Below, piece after piece: positions 12,085 through 26,000 of a stretch of 64,000 nt of DNA. The stretch comes from Prorocentrum cordatum (taxonomy: Eukaryota), in NCBI GenBank assembly GCA_963575745.1, contig CAUYUJ010000066.1, positions 1 through 64,000 on the forward strand, given 5' to 3'. Position 1 is the stretch's first letter. The number at the start of each line of letters is the position of its first letter. The translations under genes were made by a program, and so were the position numbers. The notes below the pieces were generated by a model, which was given only the letters and a program-made list of their open reading frames with translations, did not search any database and had not been told where the DNA came from.

Positions 12085-12456
12085 CGTATTGCGCGGGAAG
12101 GTGGACCGGGCAGGTGGGAACTGACATCACCAGGCCGGCGAAAGAAGAGGCGTCCACCAGGGAAGTCCAACGCCAGGGGACGGTTGGCCACCCAGACGAT
12201 GCGAAGCTGCAGGGTCGTGCGACAACTGGCCGCCCCGCCCTTATGAAGACCCTCGTGTGGCGTGGGCGGGTGGGAACTGACGCCACCAGCCGGCCAGGGT
12301 GAGAGGGGCCCACAAGGACTGTCCAGCGCCAGGGGACAGCCGATGGCCATGCGAACTAATGCGAGTCAGACTGCGGGAACGTACGGCCGATGGCCGCCCC
12401 ATCCTTGTGTATGCGGGAACATATGGCTGATGGCCGTCCCGCTCATACGGAGAGAG

Positions 12457-12503
<47 letters not shown>

Positions 12504-12857
12504 GAGAGAAGCAGAGAACCAGGGAACGGCTGACGGCCGCACATGTTAGTATGAGAACTCCGCGACCCAAGGGAAATGCTTGGGGACGCTCCTTGCCCAC
12601 AGCAGGTCGACGTCCACTCTCTTGGTATTCCGTGTACCCTCACGGCCCACCCTGTATCCTGGTGGCCCTGGGGGGCGGCCGACATTAGCGTGCACTGCAG
12701 CGCTGGGGAGGTAGTCCGTCTCCCGGCTCATGGCCGTCGGATCGCCAAGGACTGCCAGTGCTTCGGCTGGGTGCGAGTCGGACTGCGGGGACATCCGACA
12801 GATGGCCGCGCTACCCTTGCCTGTACAAGGAAATACGGCTGTTGGCCGTATCGACCG

Positions 12858-12906
<49 letters not shown>

Positions 12907-13400
12907 AGAGTCAGGGAACCAGGGAACGGCTGACGGCCGCAAAGGTTAGTATGATAATGCCACTACTCTTGGGAAAGGCACGGGCAAGCTCTTGGCTCGC
13001 AGTCGGTAGCCGTCCATAAGACGGCGGATCCATAGAGAGCCAGGGAGCGGCTGACGGCCGCAACGGTAGTGTGAACTCTATCCCAGGTGTTGGCCTGGGG
13101 ACGCTCATAGCTCCCAGCAGATGGCCGCCTCTGGGTGACCTGGGCGCCTCTCGGCCCAACCTTTGTCCCGGTGGCCCTGGGGGGGCAACGGTCGTTGGCC
13201 TGCTCTACCGCGCTGGTGCGTTGACCCCTCTCCCAGCTCGTGGCCGTCTGACTGCCAGGGACTGCTAGGGATCCGGCGGATGGCCATATGTTCTTGTAAC
13301 ATTCCTACATGTTGCCAGGGTGCAGCAGACGGCTGCATAAAATTATGGAGAACCAGGGTGCAGCTGACGGCTGCCACGAGAACCTTAGTCGCCGGAGCGC
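12085..13400. repeat. Modular degenerate tandem repeat containing (GA)n and the motif AGGGAACGGCTGACGGCCGC
   Basis: Motif recurs at ~12521, 12921, 13041 and 13354; (GA)n tracts at ~12450-12500 and ~12860-12900 lie in duplicated context (~400-bp period). Confidence 0.75.
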
Positions 13401-14084
13401 GCGGATCGAACAGGGCATCGTTTCTGGATGGGCAGGTGGGGAAACTTGGGGCCAACAGGCACGCGAGGCGGGTCGAAAGCCGCCGTGCAGAAGCATGTTT
13501 CCCGTTCCCATCGCCACAGCAAACCAGAATGGGCCAGCAAGGCCAGCGCGGATGCACTGCTCTTGGTCAGGCCCATCCCAGTCCCGGGAGCATTGCGCCC
13601 GCCTCCTTGGCCACGCCTGGAGGGCGGCGTCACCTCCCGAAGACCCAGTTCGGGCCTGGCCAGAGGAAAGATAAGCAACGCGTTGCAAAAACGATGGCGC
13701 AGAACCCTCTATCAGTGTCCATGCAGATGAGGAAGCGAATTTGGGACGGAGACACCATGAAGACTTTGCCGAAGGAGACCAAGGTGCACGAGGAGCGGTC
13801 TGCTCCCAGGGAGGGCCCCCATGGGACAGGGCCTAGCTCACAGTGGGAAGTCATCGCAAATGAATCGCAATCCAAGCCAAACGACCCTCTGTGGCGTTTG
13901 ACTCTAGACCCGTTGTATTCTTTGCCGCAGCAGCAACTCATCGTTTGACGCTGCAAGTGTCTCCCGGATGTCCTCGCCAGATTCGTTCGCCAACAACCCG
14001 AAGGGTACCAAGTTCGCTCGCGCTGCGATGCCACACAAGATCAGGGGGTGCAAACATCTAAAAGGCTACGCCCGCTGGCTGAAA

Positions 14085-14559
14085 CCAACCACGACGACAA
14101 CCGACGACGACATTGAAAGACGACGACCACGTCGACGACGACGACGACGCCAGCGACGACGACGACGATGACGGCGACGGCGGCGGCACTGGCGGCGAAG
14201 ACGACGACGACGATCGCTGCCTTTTCCTTCGTCGCGGACGGTAGATTTAAGTTATTATTTGTCGGCTGGCTCGGCGTACATTACGAGCGCGGTGAACGGC
14301 GTCGTGCCATGGTCCCCATCGTTTTCGTTCTTGCACCAAAGGAGGACATCTTATCGATAGAAGCAGTTGTCACCCCAGCCATTCAAACAGCGTCGACTGC
14401 ATACCCCGATTTGGACATCGTTCGGAGATCATCCACCGTGTACTTGGACGGGGGAGACGCCCTGGTTGGGGACATTGCGCAGCTTCGATCAAGCCCCGGA
14501 GGCGGAGGTGGAGGAGGACGAGGACGAAAAAACACGACGACGACGACGACGACGACGAA

Positions 14560-14616
<57 letters not shown>

Positions 14617-14760
14617 AGCAGGAGAGGGGGAGGGGGACAAGGAGGAAGAGGAGGAGGAGGAGGACGGCGGCGGCAGAGGCAGGGACAGGGGCGGCGGCTC
14701 GCGACTCGCGGTTCGCGGGTCGCGGTTCGCAGCTCGTCGTCGTCGTTGTCGTCGTCGCTT
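14085..14760. repeat. (GAC)n/(GGA)n trinucleotide microsatellite cluster
   Basis: Long GAC runs at ~14090-14210 and ~14534-14616. Confidence 0.9.
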
Positions 14761-16504
14761 GCCAAAAATAACGCGTCCGAGAAATCATTCACGGATGCCA
14801 CCAAGGTTCAGCACATCCAGCACGCGAAGCAAAATATCTTCAACAACGTTTGGCGGTGGAATAGGGAAGACAGGGGCGAAAGGAATTTCGTGGAGTATTT
14901 CATTTAAGAAAACATGACTACCAGAAACCCGACGTTCATTGCCCCCCGGCAGTCCGCGCCCACTCGGTGTTCACCTCCCCTTCCACCGTATTCGAACAAC
15001 TGCATCGAGTCGTTTTGGGAGGTCGTCGGGCGACGCAGTCCGATATGCAATTTGTGGGAAGGCGCGCCGTGGGCCCGAGGGCCGCGCACGCGCTTTCCTG
15101 ACCGGATTAGGGAAGTGGGAAGTGCACGCACCTTTTTTTTCATCGCACCGCAGCCTTCGAGGACAACCGGCCTTTGCCGATGCATTAGCGCATATCCACT
15201 TTTTGGAGTGGGCGGTCAAAACTCGGATGGCGAAGAACTTATTCGCAGGCATAGCTCTGGACATTTCGAATGGCCCATCGCCATCCAAGCCAAACGTGCG
15301 CATGCACAAGGGGACGGACGGCGGTCCCCTCAGGTGGCACCGAGTAAGCAGCTCACAGCGGCCAGGTCTGCCCAAAATATTAGGGCGCTACGATTGCGAC
15401 GAAGCATTTTTCCGCAGTGCGTTCGCAGCCGCATCGTCTACGGGGGATTCGCAAGAAAAACAGAACGATGGGGCGAAGCCGCCATGCGAGTTCCGCCATT
15501 GGGACCCCGGGCAGGGGGCTCTTGTATGAGACCACGAAACGTGCGAGGGGTGTGCCGACATGGGTGGTGGGGATGATGATGATGACGATGATGACGATGA
15601 TGTGGATGAGGCTGATGTTGCGGATGGTGATATTGATGGATCATGGGTGATGGTGATGATGGTGACGATGAAATTCATGATGGGGAGAGGGGGGACAGCG
15701 AGAGGAGAAAGAAGAAAGGAGGATGCGGGCGAGGATGGTTGGGGGAAGATGGGGGGAGGGTGGGAAACGAAGGCGAAAGCGAAGGCGCTGGGGAGGGGGA
15801 CCGAAGGCGCTGTGTTCCAGGAGCTCTTTTTTCCCATGTTCCCATGTGGAACCGCCCAGAGAAGCGCGGGCGCGCGGACAAAATTGCGAAGATATGTACT
15901 ATTTTGCACTTAGTCCCGTCTTGTGATCCTGGGTGCAACGACCGGGAGGAATTTCCAAAGGGGTCCCGGAGTTTCGGTAACCTTCAGATTTTTGTATTTT
16001 TTTGCAAAATTCGGGAAGGCTAAATTTCGCATCGGGAGGACCGGAGAGGCATGGGGATTGGCGCAAGGAGCAAGACATAAAGTCTTAGGACGATTGCGAT
16101 TTGGAGATCGATGCGCATGGCAGTAAGCGCGATACCGTAAAGGGCATTAGAACACCGGATGGACAAGATGAAAGGAAGGTGGTCGTTTGCAATGGTCTCG
16201 ACGGAATTGCTACTATGAGCATTCCTTGCGGTGTGTTTACTGTTCGTAGGGGTTTCAGCATGGGCAACTACTGAGCGAAATTTCTTGTGGATGTGGGTGG
16301 GCGTGATGAGCTCGGGAATGCAGGTGACGCGCATAAGTAAGCGAATGGTTAAGTATTTTGTATGTTTTTTTTTCCCCCCCCCGTGACCTTTTTCCTCCTG
16401 TTATTCTGAACGCTTCGCGTATCCCCACCAGCCCGTCCAGAAATGAGTCCCAGGGGAGTGGAGCATGCAGAAGAACAATAAGCGGGGTAAGCCGCCATAT
16501 ACCC

Positions 16505-17050
16505 CAAGAGGAGGAGGATGTAGAAGGAGTCGTCGTCGTCAGAGTAGGAGGGGGAAGAGGAGGAGCAGGAGGAGGAGCAGGAGGAGGAGCAGGAGGAGGA
16601 GGGGGAGGAGGAGGAGGAGAAGGATGAGGAGGAAAATGAGGAGGAGAATATGGAGGAGGGCGAGGACGTGGAGGACGAGAAGGAGGAGCAGGAGAAGGAG
16701 GAGGAGGAGGAGGAGGAGGAGAGGGAGGGGGAGGAGGGAGGAGGACAAACAAAAAGGAGGAGGAGGACGAGGAGGAGGAAGAGGAGGAGGAGGAGGAGGA
16801 GGAGGAGGACGAGGAGGAGGAGGAGGAGGAAGACGAGGAGGAGCAGGAGGAGGAGGAGGAGGAGGACAATGGCGAGCTTGGGGGCCTCTTGGCGGTCCCG
16901 GGGGCCTCTTGCGTATCTCGGGGGGCCTCTTGGGGCCTCTTGGGGGGAGCCTCTTGGAGGCCTCTTGGGCGCCTCGTGGGGCCTCTTGGGGCCCTCTTGG
17001 GGCGCTCTTGGGGCGCTCTTAGGAGCCTTCGGGGCGCTCTTGGGGCCATG
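16505..17050. repeat. (GGA)n microsatellite followed by a GGGCCTCTTG decamer array
   Basis: Direct reading of the sequence. Confidence 0.9.
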
Positions 17051-17423
17051 TTGGAGGAGATCTATCAAAGAACGGGGGGTCGTCAATTAGCCCTGCCCCT
17101 CTAGAGTGCCTCGAATCGCCTCTTGGGCCCCAAAAGAAGACCAACTCCTTCCAAAACCTAGGGACATGAATGAATGTTTTTTTGCTTTCTCGCCTTTTCG
17201 CTCTTGGAGCCGTCTTGGGCCATCTTGGACGCCCCAACGATCCGCGGACCCCTCCGTCCAGGTCCAGGGGAGGGGGTAGGGGGAGGGGTCAAGAACCCCT
17301 CCCCGCCCGCAAGCCGTCTCGCTCACTCCCACCCGCCCTCCCAACACATACGTAGCACCCGAGTCTGGCCCGAGCCTGAGCATATTCAGCAGTCGTCTTG
17401 GATGGGCAGCTACTGGGGGCCAA

Positions 17424-17459
<36 letters not shown>

Positions 17460-17606
17460 CCCCTCTGCGAAACCGCCGCCGCCGCCGCTGCCGCCACCGC
17501 CACCGCCACCGCCACCGCCACCGCCGGCGCCACCGCCGCCGCCGCCGCCGCAGCAGCAGCCGCCGCCGCAGACGCCGCAGCCGCCGCAGCCGCCGCCGCC
17601 GCCGCC
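17424..17606. repeat. (GCC)n microsatellite
   Basis: Direct reading of the sequence. Confidence 0.9.
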
Positions 17607-20600
17607 AAGTGTACAATGTATAGTTTTTTGAAAGGGATGGTGGGGGGGGCCGCGTCGGGTTGGCCGCGCATGTTCCGAATTTGGCGGCAGAGTGTGGTTT
17701 GCATTGTTTTTTACAAGGAATGGTGTGGGGGCCGTCATGGACCCTGGTTGGCCCCCAGTCGCCTGGGGGAGGGGGTGTTTATTAATAGGGAACAATGATA
17801 AACACCTCCCCGAAGGGGAAGAAGGGGGTTGGAAGAGGAAGCTCTCTAGACCACCGACGCCCAGAGGGCTGGTGGGATTCCCTTCTTTCCTTTTCCTCCT
17901 TTTTTTTCATAGTGCTGAGCACTTTTGGTTTTCCGCATCGTACATTTCGCCTGGGCCAGGTTTTTAGGTGCGAATTTTGATCGTTGCGTTGTGGCGAAGG
18001 ATTTCGAATCTCCCAATTCAGCCCGTTCCGGTTCTTCTCCGTTGAAGCCGGTTCTCCCGTTTAGTGTTGCTTTTTTTGTGTTAATTCAGCTTTCCTGTCA
18101 AACAGGGAAATTACCCTTAATTAGTTAGTCTCACTTTCTTAGCTCCACAAATTTTTAGTTTCCACTGGGTGAGCGGGTTTCCCGTTTCCTCGCATATTTC
18201 CGCCGATTTACGTGCGCCCATTTGGTTCTTCTCGCTTGTATTCGCTTTCCCGTGTTTTTTTTTGTTGGTTCCTCCAATTCCAATTTCCGACAGCTCTGTG
18301 GTGGGTTGGTGGTGGTGGTGGTGGTGGCGGGGGGGGGGTTTGAACCCCCCCCCTTTGGGTTGCCTCTGGTCATCGTCGCTGCGTCCCCGCCGTCGGCGCT
18401 GCTGGCGGCCGCCGGCGCCAGCGCCGAGGAAGGGGTGGTTTCACCTTCCCCCCCTGGGAGAGGGGGGAGGGGGGGGGAGGGGAGGAGGTTTCGGGAGGGG
18501 GGGGGGGTTGGGGAGGGAGGGGGGTCCCCCTGGTTTTGATCGACGGCGCCGAATGTTGGGGGCGGGGGGCCCACCCCCTGGTTCGAGACGCGCCGCCGAA
18601 CGTTCCAAGGCAAGCGCCCGTGAAAGGCGTTCTCTCCGATGTTAAGATCGTGAATTTCTGGGAATGGGGCAGCGCGCCCAGGAACAAGCAATGCAAGAGG
18701 TCGGTCGCCTAAACCTGCAGAAATCGAAAACAATGGCACGTACCAGGCAGTGATTATCTATGAGTGGGCTTGGCTCTTTTCAATCATTGAGTGCAAGAAT
18801 TTGCGGCCGCCATAAGAAATTGAACTAGTGCCATCGCTGGCGAGGGAAAAAACACAGCTCAATAATGCAAGAGTTCGACGAGGCAGGGTGTTTGGATTGC
18901 AAAATCGATGGTGGGGATTGGTGAGTGTAGCGCTACAACATGTTGCCCACGCCGTTCTGAATGAGTACGACGATCTGCGCGTGCACGCAGTTCGAATCAG
19001 TCTTCCCATTGGCAGATCTGGAAATATTGTAGGCTGTTCCTTCATCTCCTCCTCCTCCACCTCCTCCTCCTCCTCCTCCCCCCTCCTCCTTTGACGATGC
19101 TAAGCTCGCATGAGGCGCCTCGTGAATACGTGCTGCGATTGCCGCATCAATATCACATTGTCCAACAAATACTGGGTCGAGTTCGGGTAAACATTCATTT
19201 GTTCAAAACGAATGTCGGAACAACACTCGTAATGCCAATGCGGCTCAGACGCTGGATCCAATTTTCGGTTCAGCTCAGGAATGCAGTGGGTCCTGCCTGG
19301 AAGCCCCAGTCCGTGTATGACCGAACGCGAATGCACGGCCGCCCTCGCACGCATATGCAAGGCTGTGCAAACGAATCCGTCGATTGCTGGCAAATGGAGA
19401 AAGCCGGTAGCGAGGCTCAGTAATCCAATGGGAAAAAGATGGCCTCCGACCCGTTAGGAGGGCGGGTGGGTGTGGTGGGGGGGCGAACTCGAAAACGCCT
19501 CTGTGGCCCTCGGAGACTCCACATCGACCGTCCGTGACGGTCAAGATGCCTAAGGTGCCTTGTAAGTTGGCTCCAGAAGGGCTCCGACACGCAGAACAGG
19601 CTTAGACGGCCCAATGCCCACTCAAGGCGCCCCAGGAGGGCCACAAGAGGCACAGCTCTTTGCTTTTCCAAAAAATGTTTTGGATCATTTTCGAATTCTC
19701 CTTTTTTCGGGCTTCTGAAACCTAATGCGGCCCGAGAGGCCGCCCCCCAAACTGGTGCAAGAACCCCGAAGAGGCAGCAAGAGAGCCCAGAGACGGCCCA
19801 ATAGGGCCCAAAGACGGCCCCGGAGGCCCCCTAGAAGGCAACAGAAATCTTACAAGAGGAACCCACGAGACATCACGAGGAGGAACTCGCAAGGACCCCA
19901 GCAACCCCTTCCCCACAAGATGGCCTCCAAGACCCGTAACATATCCCCAAGACTCCCCCAAAGGCCCCCCTAAAGCCCCGCAGGATCTTTGAAACGGCTC
20001 CAAGAGGTCGCCCCCTGGGCCTCTAAAGAGGCCCCCAATAAACTCGCCCAACAGACGCGCAGGAAGAGGAAGACTGATCAACATTAGCTACACGCAAGCA
20101 GCACGGCGAGAAATGTCATATAACACATACGCAATTGGATACAACACAAGTCCTCTTCAAGGAGTCGGCGGAACTGTGCGAACCTCATGACACCGCACCC
20201 GTCATATATGGCCAACTGCACGAAACTGTAACACAACAGCGCGACATGTTCTTCTTCCCAACAATAGCAATTACCACAACACCCATCCCTGATTTGCAAC
20301 ACAACGTTCAACATATCAAACGGATGTTACACAGTAACGGAATTAACCCAGAAGCCGGAACGGGAACTCACCACGCAGGGTCCAGGTCGACTGCATTCTT
20401 GTGGCAGTGTCACGTCCAAGGTCCGACCAGCGATATTGGTAACCTAGGGGGGTACCTGTGCTGATCCTGGCATTTAAGTGTCTTGTGCGTTGTTTCACCA
20501 ATTTTGGTACAATGTCGATGGTTTGCTGAGCCCATCTCCAATCGACCTCGACCCCCCAGACTCAGTAGACAACCTGACCCCCTATATTCAGAGAATTCAG

Positions 20601-22361
20601 AGAAAGGTGCGCCGAGGCCAGGGACTACCAATGTGGACGAACGGCTACCTGAGCGCGCGCTGAACCACAACGAAGAGATTACGCGATAGTCCATGGTAAT
20701 GAATACTGAGGACGATGAAGACGGAGAGGCTTTGCGCAATACTGAAGCAAGGCACCACTGAATCAATATATTGGCGATGCTCTTGAAATATTGGCAGATG
20801 GGTGTTGTTTAGGAAGCGACCTATATTTCGATCAAGAGCACGACCATCATGCCCAACCCGCACCAACATACCTGTGTCCAATCATCTATCCCTGCCTCAC
20901 TCCACCCTCTTGATCAACACACGTGTGCAGACTCAGTAAATCCACCAGCTTGTACATACACAACCTCGGAATGTGTGTTGTGGCTCCTCCCATGCACCAC
21001 CATGCACAGACTCTTCCGCCCCAAATGGTTGTGCAAACTCCCCCGTACTTGTTTCAGCAACCGTTCCATTCCCTTGCCTTTCCCATGATGCTGATTTATG
21101 CCCAAGCCTCTCCTCGAATCTAATCCTGCCTGGCCCCGTGCCGCCAGGATCCCCCGCGGCCCGCCGGACGGAGGGCAGGTTGGCATGCGACTTTGGCGCC
21201 AGGAGTAATTTGGACGACGCAAGCGATAATAACGAATACGATGACAATGCGAACAACGGATCCGATTTCACAACCGTGGATATACGCAGGCTCACCAATC
21301 TACCCCTGGTGGCCACAATGCTTCTTGTTCCGACCTTGCGATCGCCCCACGACCCATGACCACTACCGCACCACAACAATGACATTCGGCAATGCCCTTC
21401 CTTCCTTCCCTCACGTCTCGAAAGGTATCTTGGGAGGCTTCTGGTGCTTCTTTTTCAAGACGGCCGCGCCTGTGCACGTCTCTCTGCCGCGGCGGTGCGC
21501 TTTCGCGCGTCCACCTCGCTCTGACTAGAATGCCGAATTCCAGGCAGTGTCTTCCCCACTCCCATTGTGCCTCGTCTTCCATCTCTCGTCTCACTCCTCT
21601 TACTCCTTCCTTCCTTTTCCCCTCCATCCCCCTTCCTTCTCCCGATCCCCTATACATATCGAAGGTGGGTTCAGGAGGGCTCCGAAGAACTCCTGAACGG
21701 CGAGACCGGGGCTCGTGCCGTGCTCCTGACTCGCGCTGTTCGTGGAGGAGGAGGAGGAGGAGGAGGAGGAGGAGGAAGAGGAGGAGGAGGAGCAGGAGGA
21801 GGAGGAGGAGGAGGAGGAAGAGGAGGAGAAAGAGGAGGAGGAGGAGGAGGAGGAGGAGCGAGCGAGCGAACCTCGAGGAATCCACCATCATCCTGCATCT
21901 ACAGTGCCACTGCGCCGAACTCGTGTCGTGACTCCATTGCAGACAGGCTTGGATTCTGAGACGGGACCTTGCATCCCAACGCGGAGGAACAATAAGCGAC
22001 TCTGCGTGCCCTGCCTGCGCTCCCCTTCGGGGCACGGGCCCGCGAGCGACCCCCCTAAGGCACGCAACCCTACGGGAGGCGCCCACTCAGGCGCGAGAGC
22101 CTCGCCCGCCGTCACGACGTCCGCGCCCGCCACGTCTGCTCGGCGCGCCCCGGCCGTGGCCAGGAAGGTAGACCAGCGGGTGGACAGGCAGATCTTCGTC
22201 AGCGCAGCTACTTACCAGCACGGCCCCAGATCGAGCCATAGCCGCGGTCTCTGCACTGATGCTGCCTCGAGCTTCCAGCTCCGCCAATCTCTGAGAGCTG
22301 CTAAACAATTGCCCCCGTCTCCTGTCAATGCCTCCGACACGAGGCGCCAGAGCGGAATGAG

Positions 22362-23042
22362 CTACTTCGCGTGGTTCACCATCTTCGCGATCTCCCTCTC
22401 GAGCGGGCCCCTGGGTGCCGAGCCGTGCACTGCCGTCCCACCCTCGTACTGGATCACATTCCTGATGTGCGGGCGGCAAGCCAGGGCCAACATCGACTCC
22501 TTGTTGAAGTTCGTGATCACCAGGCACTGCTGCTCCTGGCCCTCCTCCTTGCGCAGCACCTTCAGCCTGAAGTAGAGCACCGCCTCCGCGATGTCCTCCA
22601 TGCCGCTCGAGGCGATGTGGTTGGTCCACACCTCCTTGGCCTCGAGCGCGTTGGTCTTCTCTTCCTCCTGCCCCTCCGCCGCCGTGCGCTCCGCCACGTA
22701 CTGGGACGCCGCCAGGAACACGTGAATGTGCGGAGCTCCTGCGAGGCGCCTGACTCCTTCATGGACTTGCTGTCGTTCTCGTATTTCTTGCCCGCCGCCT
22801 GCATGGCGGCGGGGGGCCCCCTTCGAAAGAGGCATCATGAAGGTCACGTATACCACTGCCGCCAAGTCGGCAACCGCTCGAGCCTGCGCCAGCACCAAGC
22901 GCCCGATGGCCGTCAGAAGATTAATGAGTTCGTCCTTCTCGCCCTTCTTGCCCTTCTTGGCGACGTTTCCCTCGCCTCCTGCCGGCCCCGTGCTGCTGCC
23001 TGCCCCCGGGGGGCTGGACCACGACGGCGTCGCCAACGACAT
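22362..23042 (-). CDS. LINE-associated downstream ORF (~226 aa, unknown function), with an internal pair of compensating frameshifts
   Basis: ATG at 23042 overlaps the pol end. Helical, protein-like text (DELINLLTAIGRLVLAQARAVADLAAVV...GAPHIHVF...GSAPRGPLEREI). Segment ~22740-22810 reads better in the alternative frame MQAAGKKYENDSKSMKES. Confidence 0.6.
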   Translation of the reverse strand: MSLATPSWSSPPGAGSSTGPAGGEGNVAKKGKKGEKDELINLLTAIGRLVLAQARAVADLAAVVYVTFMMPLSKGAPRRHAGGGQEIRERQQVHEGVRRLAGAPHIHVFLAASQYVAERTAAEGQEEEKTNALEAKEVWTNHIASSGMEDIAEAVLYFRLKVLRKEEGQEQQCLVITNFNKESMLALACRPHIRNVIQYEGGTAVHGSAPRGPLEREIAKMVNHAK

Positions 23043-26000
23043 CAGTTCCGAAGGCTCGGGTTAGGTGCGTCGCTGGCGCCTGCTTCAACGCCGTCGGAAG
23101 ATGGCTGAGGAGATGGCTACAGTGAGCGGGGAGATCCCCAGCTTCATGACCGCACATCGGGCACTGCAGGGACTGGGGCTCCCGAGGGGCATCATTGCTC
23201 CGCGATGTGGCCCCCGGGGCTCCCTTGTCACATCGCCCTCGCCTGATCGCCGCCTCCAGATGACGTGCAGCCGCGATGCGGGTCTTAAACACCTGTCGGC
23301 ACCCAATGCAGATATTCGTCGGTGTCATCACATGCGCAAGATTGTGGAGGTGGCGTTGTTGGGTCATGTGTTTTAGGAGGGAGGTCTGGGTAGAGAAACG
23401 AGCCCCACATAGTTCCCCATCGTCCGTCCGCACCTCGCATACATAAGCCCCGTCGTCGTCAACCCCCTCCGTCGTGACAGCCGCCTCGTCTGCACAAGGT
23501 CCTGCTGGGAAGGCCCCCGCTGTCGCATCCGCAGGCGGTGGGATCTGCGCGGTATTCAGCGCTGCTCGCAACCTCCCAAAATCCAAAGCCGTGAACTCTG
23601 AAGACCGTTCCGTGTCTGCAAAGATAATGAAATCCTCAAGGATCTCATCCAGGCTGCAAGAATCCATGATCGGGGCCGCAACCCGCAGGTCAGATTCCAT
23701 CTGGCGAAGCCAAGGCGAAGCCGATACCGACGGTCTCCCCCACACAAGCTGCGGTACAGTCGACTCGTGCTCTCCCCGCAGGGTCCCGAAGAGTGCACGC
23801 AGAGGTTGGACGTGCGCCGTCGGAGTTCGAGCCCAGGACTGATACCACTTAAGCCTCCTAATACGAAGGTCCACGCGACTGCCCGACAGTCGCCAGTGAC
23901 GCAGCACCTGAGAGGTTGTCATGCTCACCTTGTGTCCTGTCGACGTTTCGGCGCGCGCTTCCCCGAGCATCGCAGTCCTGCAGAGGGCCGCCATGCAGCC
24001 GTCCAGCTTGCTGTAGTCAGATTCCGTCAACACGAAAGGTTCGAGCCCGCTCAAAAGAGCATTGCCCACAAGACCCTGGAGGGGCTCCCTGCGCCACTTA
24101 TATGGCAGACCTCAAGACCACACCCCTCCCAAGCGAAAGAAAGCCTGCCGAGCAGCGCCGCACCTCCGAGGGATCTCGTGATGTCCTGTCGACAGCATAT
24201 TGATGTATGGGCCCGAATACCGTACACACTCGCGCACTTTGCCCCGACATGGCATGGACCCCTGTGCGGATCTCTCTCTCAGAACGGCCTTCGCTGGCCT
24301 AGGCTGGCTCGCAAAGTAGAAAAGCAATTCTTGTTTATCAGCATTTTGACCGTAACCGTACATCCCCAGATAGTCATCAAACGTCTCGTCGACCCAGTTT
24401 AGCTTGCGCAAGAAATCCGAAACCGTGCTCCCAAGATCAGCCACCACAAACTTGTTTAGGTCGTCCGCATATCTAAGAAGGCTAAGGTCTACTGATAATT
24501 GTTGCCAGCTCGATATCAAAACCTTGGCCGATCGGTCGTGTGTAAAAACGTGGTGTCCCCATGACGTTGTGGCCCGTCCGAAAATCCCCAATAATCCCTG
24601 CACCGTAAAAAGGGTCCCCCATCACACCTCCACACCTCGGACGCACACAGAACGGGCCCTCGCACGATTCCAACTCGATAGCCGCATTCCTGTATCTCTG
24701 TCTACACAAGTCGGCATCGTCAGGGGACGCGCACAATGATACTGTCGTATCCAGCTCCGTCCACAAGGAACTCGAAAAAAAGGCGTTGCTAAGATCTTTT
24801 AGCGACATGCAGTGGGTGCGGCCCGTGCGTCGTAGTCGCCAACTCGTCACAAGTGCAGTGAATATGGCATCCTCCCTCCTTCCCTCCCGAACAAAACCGT
24901 GGTCCTGTGCCGTCGGGCATGCGCGTAACTTGTTAGCAAAGAAAGCCTTGCCCGCCGTTGGAAGGACGTGAATCACTCTCTTGCCCCGCGGCCCTCGCAC
25001 CAGCGATTTATGCAGTCCTACCCCCCGTGACTTATTCCAGTAGAGTGGGATATCTCGATGTTCACGAATTTTGTACAAGCCCAGCTCCACTAAGAACCAA
25101 AACAATGGTGTCCGAGGCATATTACCCGTGTTGCCCACCCCCCTGCGTTGTCGTACCCTGTAATTTGGCCATCGTAACTGCTGCTACAATTCCAAAGGTG
25201 CTGTGCCAGCAGGCGCGGCTCGTCGTTTCGGCGCTCGTCGCACGTATCGTCGGATCGCATTAAGATCCTCCTTCGCCGCCTCCTTCGTCTCCTCCGACTC
25301 CGTGACTCCGTAACCGCCCCCCATGTCCTCTCTGCCGCTCCTCCACTCCTCCCACGCACACTCTTCTACCTGCATCCCTCCTTCTTGTCCCGAGAGCGAC
25401 CAAACCCCGAGCCATTCGGCCCGGCTTGGGAGCATGCCTCTGACCAGGCGTCCGTCCCTCTTCTTGGCACCGTATCTACACATGGCCGCACGCCTGGCTA
25501 ACCGCATACCCTCAGAGACATACCCACTCGTCCATCGCTCCCTCGCCTCCTGCAGTAAAGTAGCACGTCGTTCCCGCTTCTGTGACCGTCGAAACAGAAA
25601 CAGCTCGTGGGATAACTGTTTGAGCTCGGCATCCAGGGCGGCCACTTCCTCCGTCGAAGCCCCCAGCTTGTCTCCACGAAGCCCAGCCCGTCGGGCCAAG
25701 AGCGATCTCCGACGTGATGACGCGGAGGCGGAGTCAATACCGACCCTCCCCACTTTGGATCCGGCGCGAGTATGATGTGGACATGTTCTAAAATATTTTA
25801 GAACATGCGACGTAATACCAAAACGAACCTGCCCTGCCCGCACTATGGCCCCTTCTAGATGTTCGAAGATCTCATCCGCGGAGGCCTGATCCCGCATCCA
25901 AGGTAAGTGGGCCGAACCCTCCAATTCCCGATTTACCTGTTCCAAAAATAAGTCACGGTCCTTCCCCTCCCGCACCGCCTGCATCATAGCATCCTGATTC

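Noticed and set aside
14168..17704. Long ORFs with poly-T/E/P/R/G/L tracts (also at 21.7, 28.4, 31, 36, 39.5, 45, 49 and 52 kb)
   Set aside because: They are translations of trinucleotide microsatellites that are open in several frames.
18750..21500. Degenerate coding or TE remnant in a moderately AT-rich stretch
   Set aside because: No recognisable motif in any frame.
21860..22100. HDV-like ribozyme in the LINE UTRs (TTCCTCCGCGT loop-like string; GC-rich stems at 26900-27020)
   Set aside because: Could not build the nested double pseudoknot by eye; needs an Infernal/RNArobo search.
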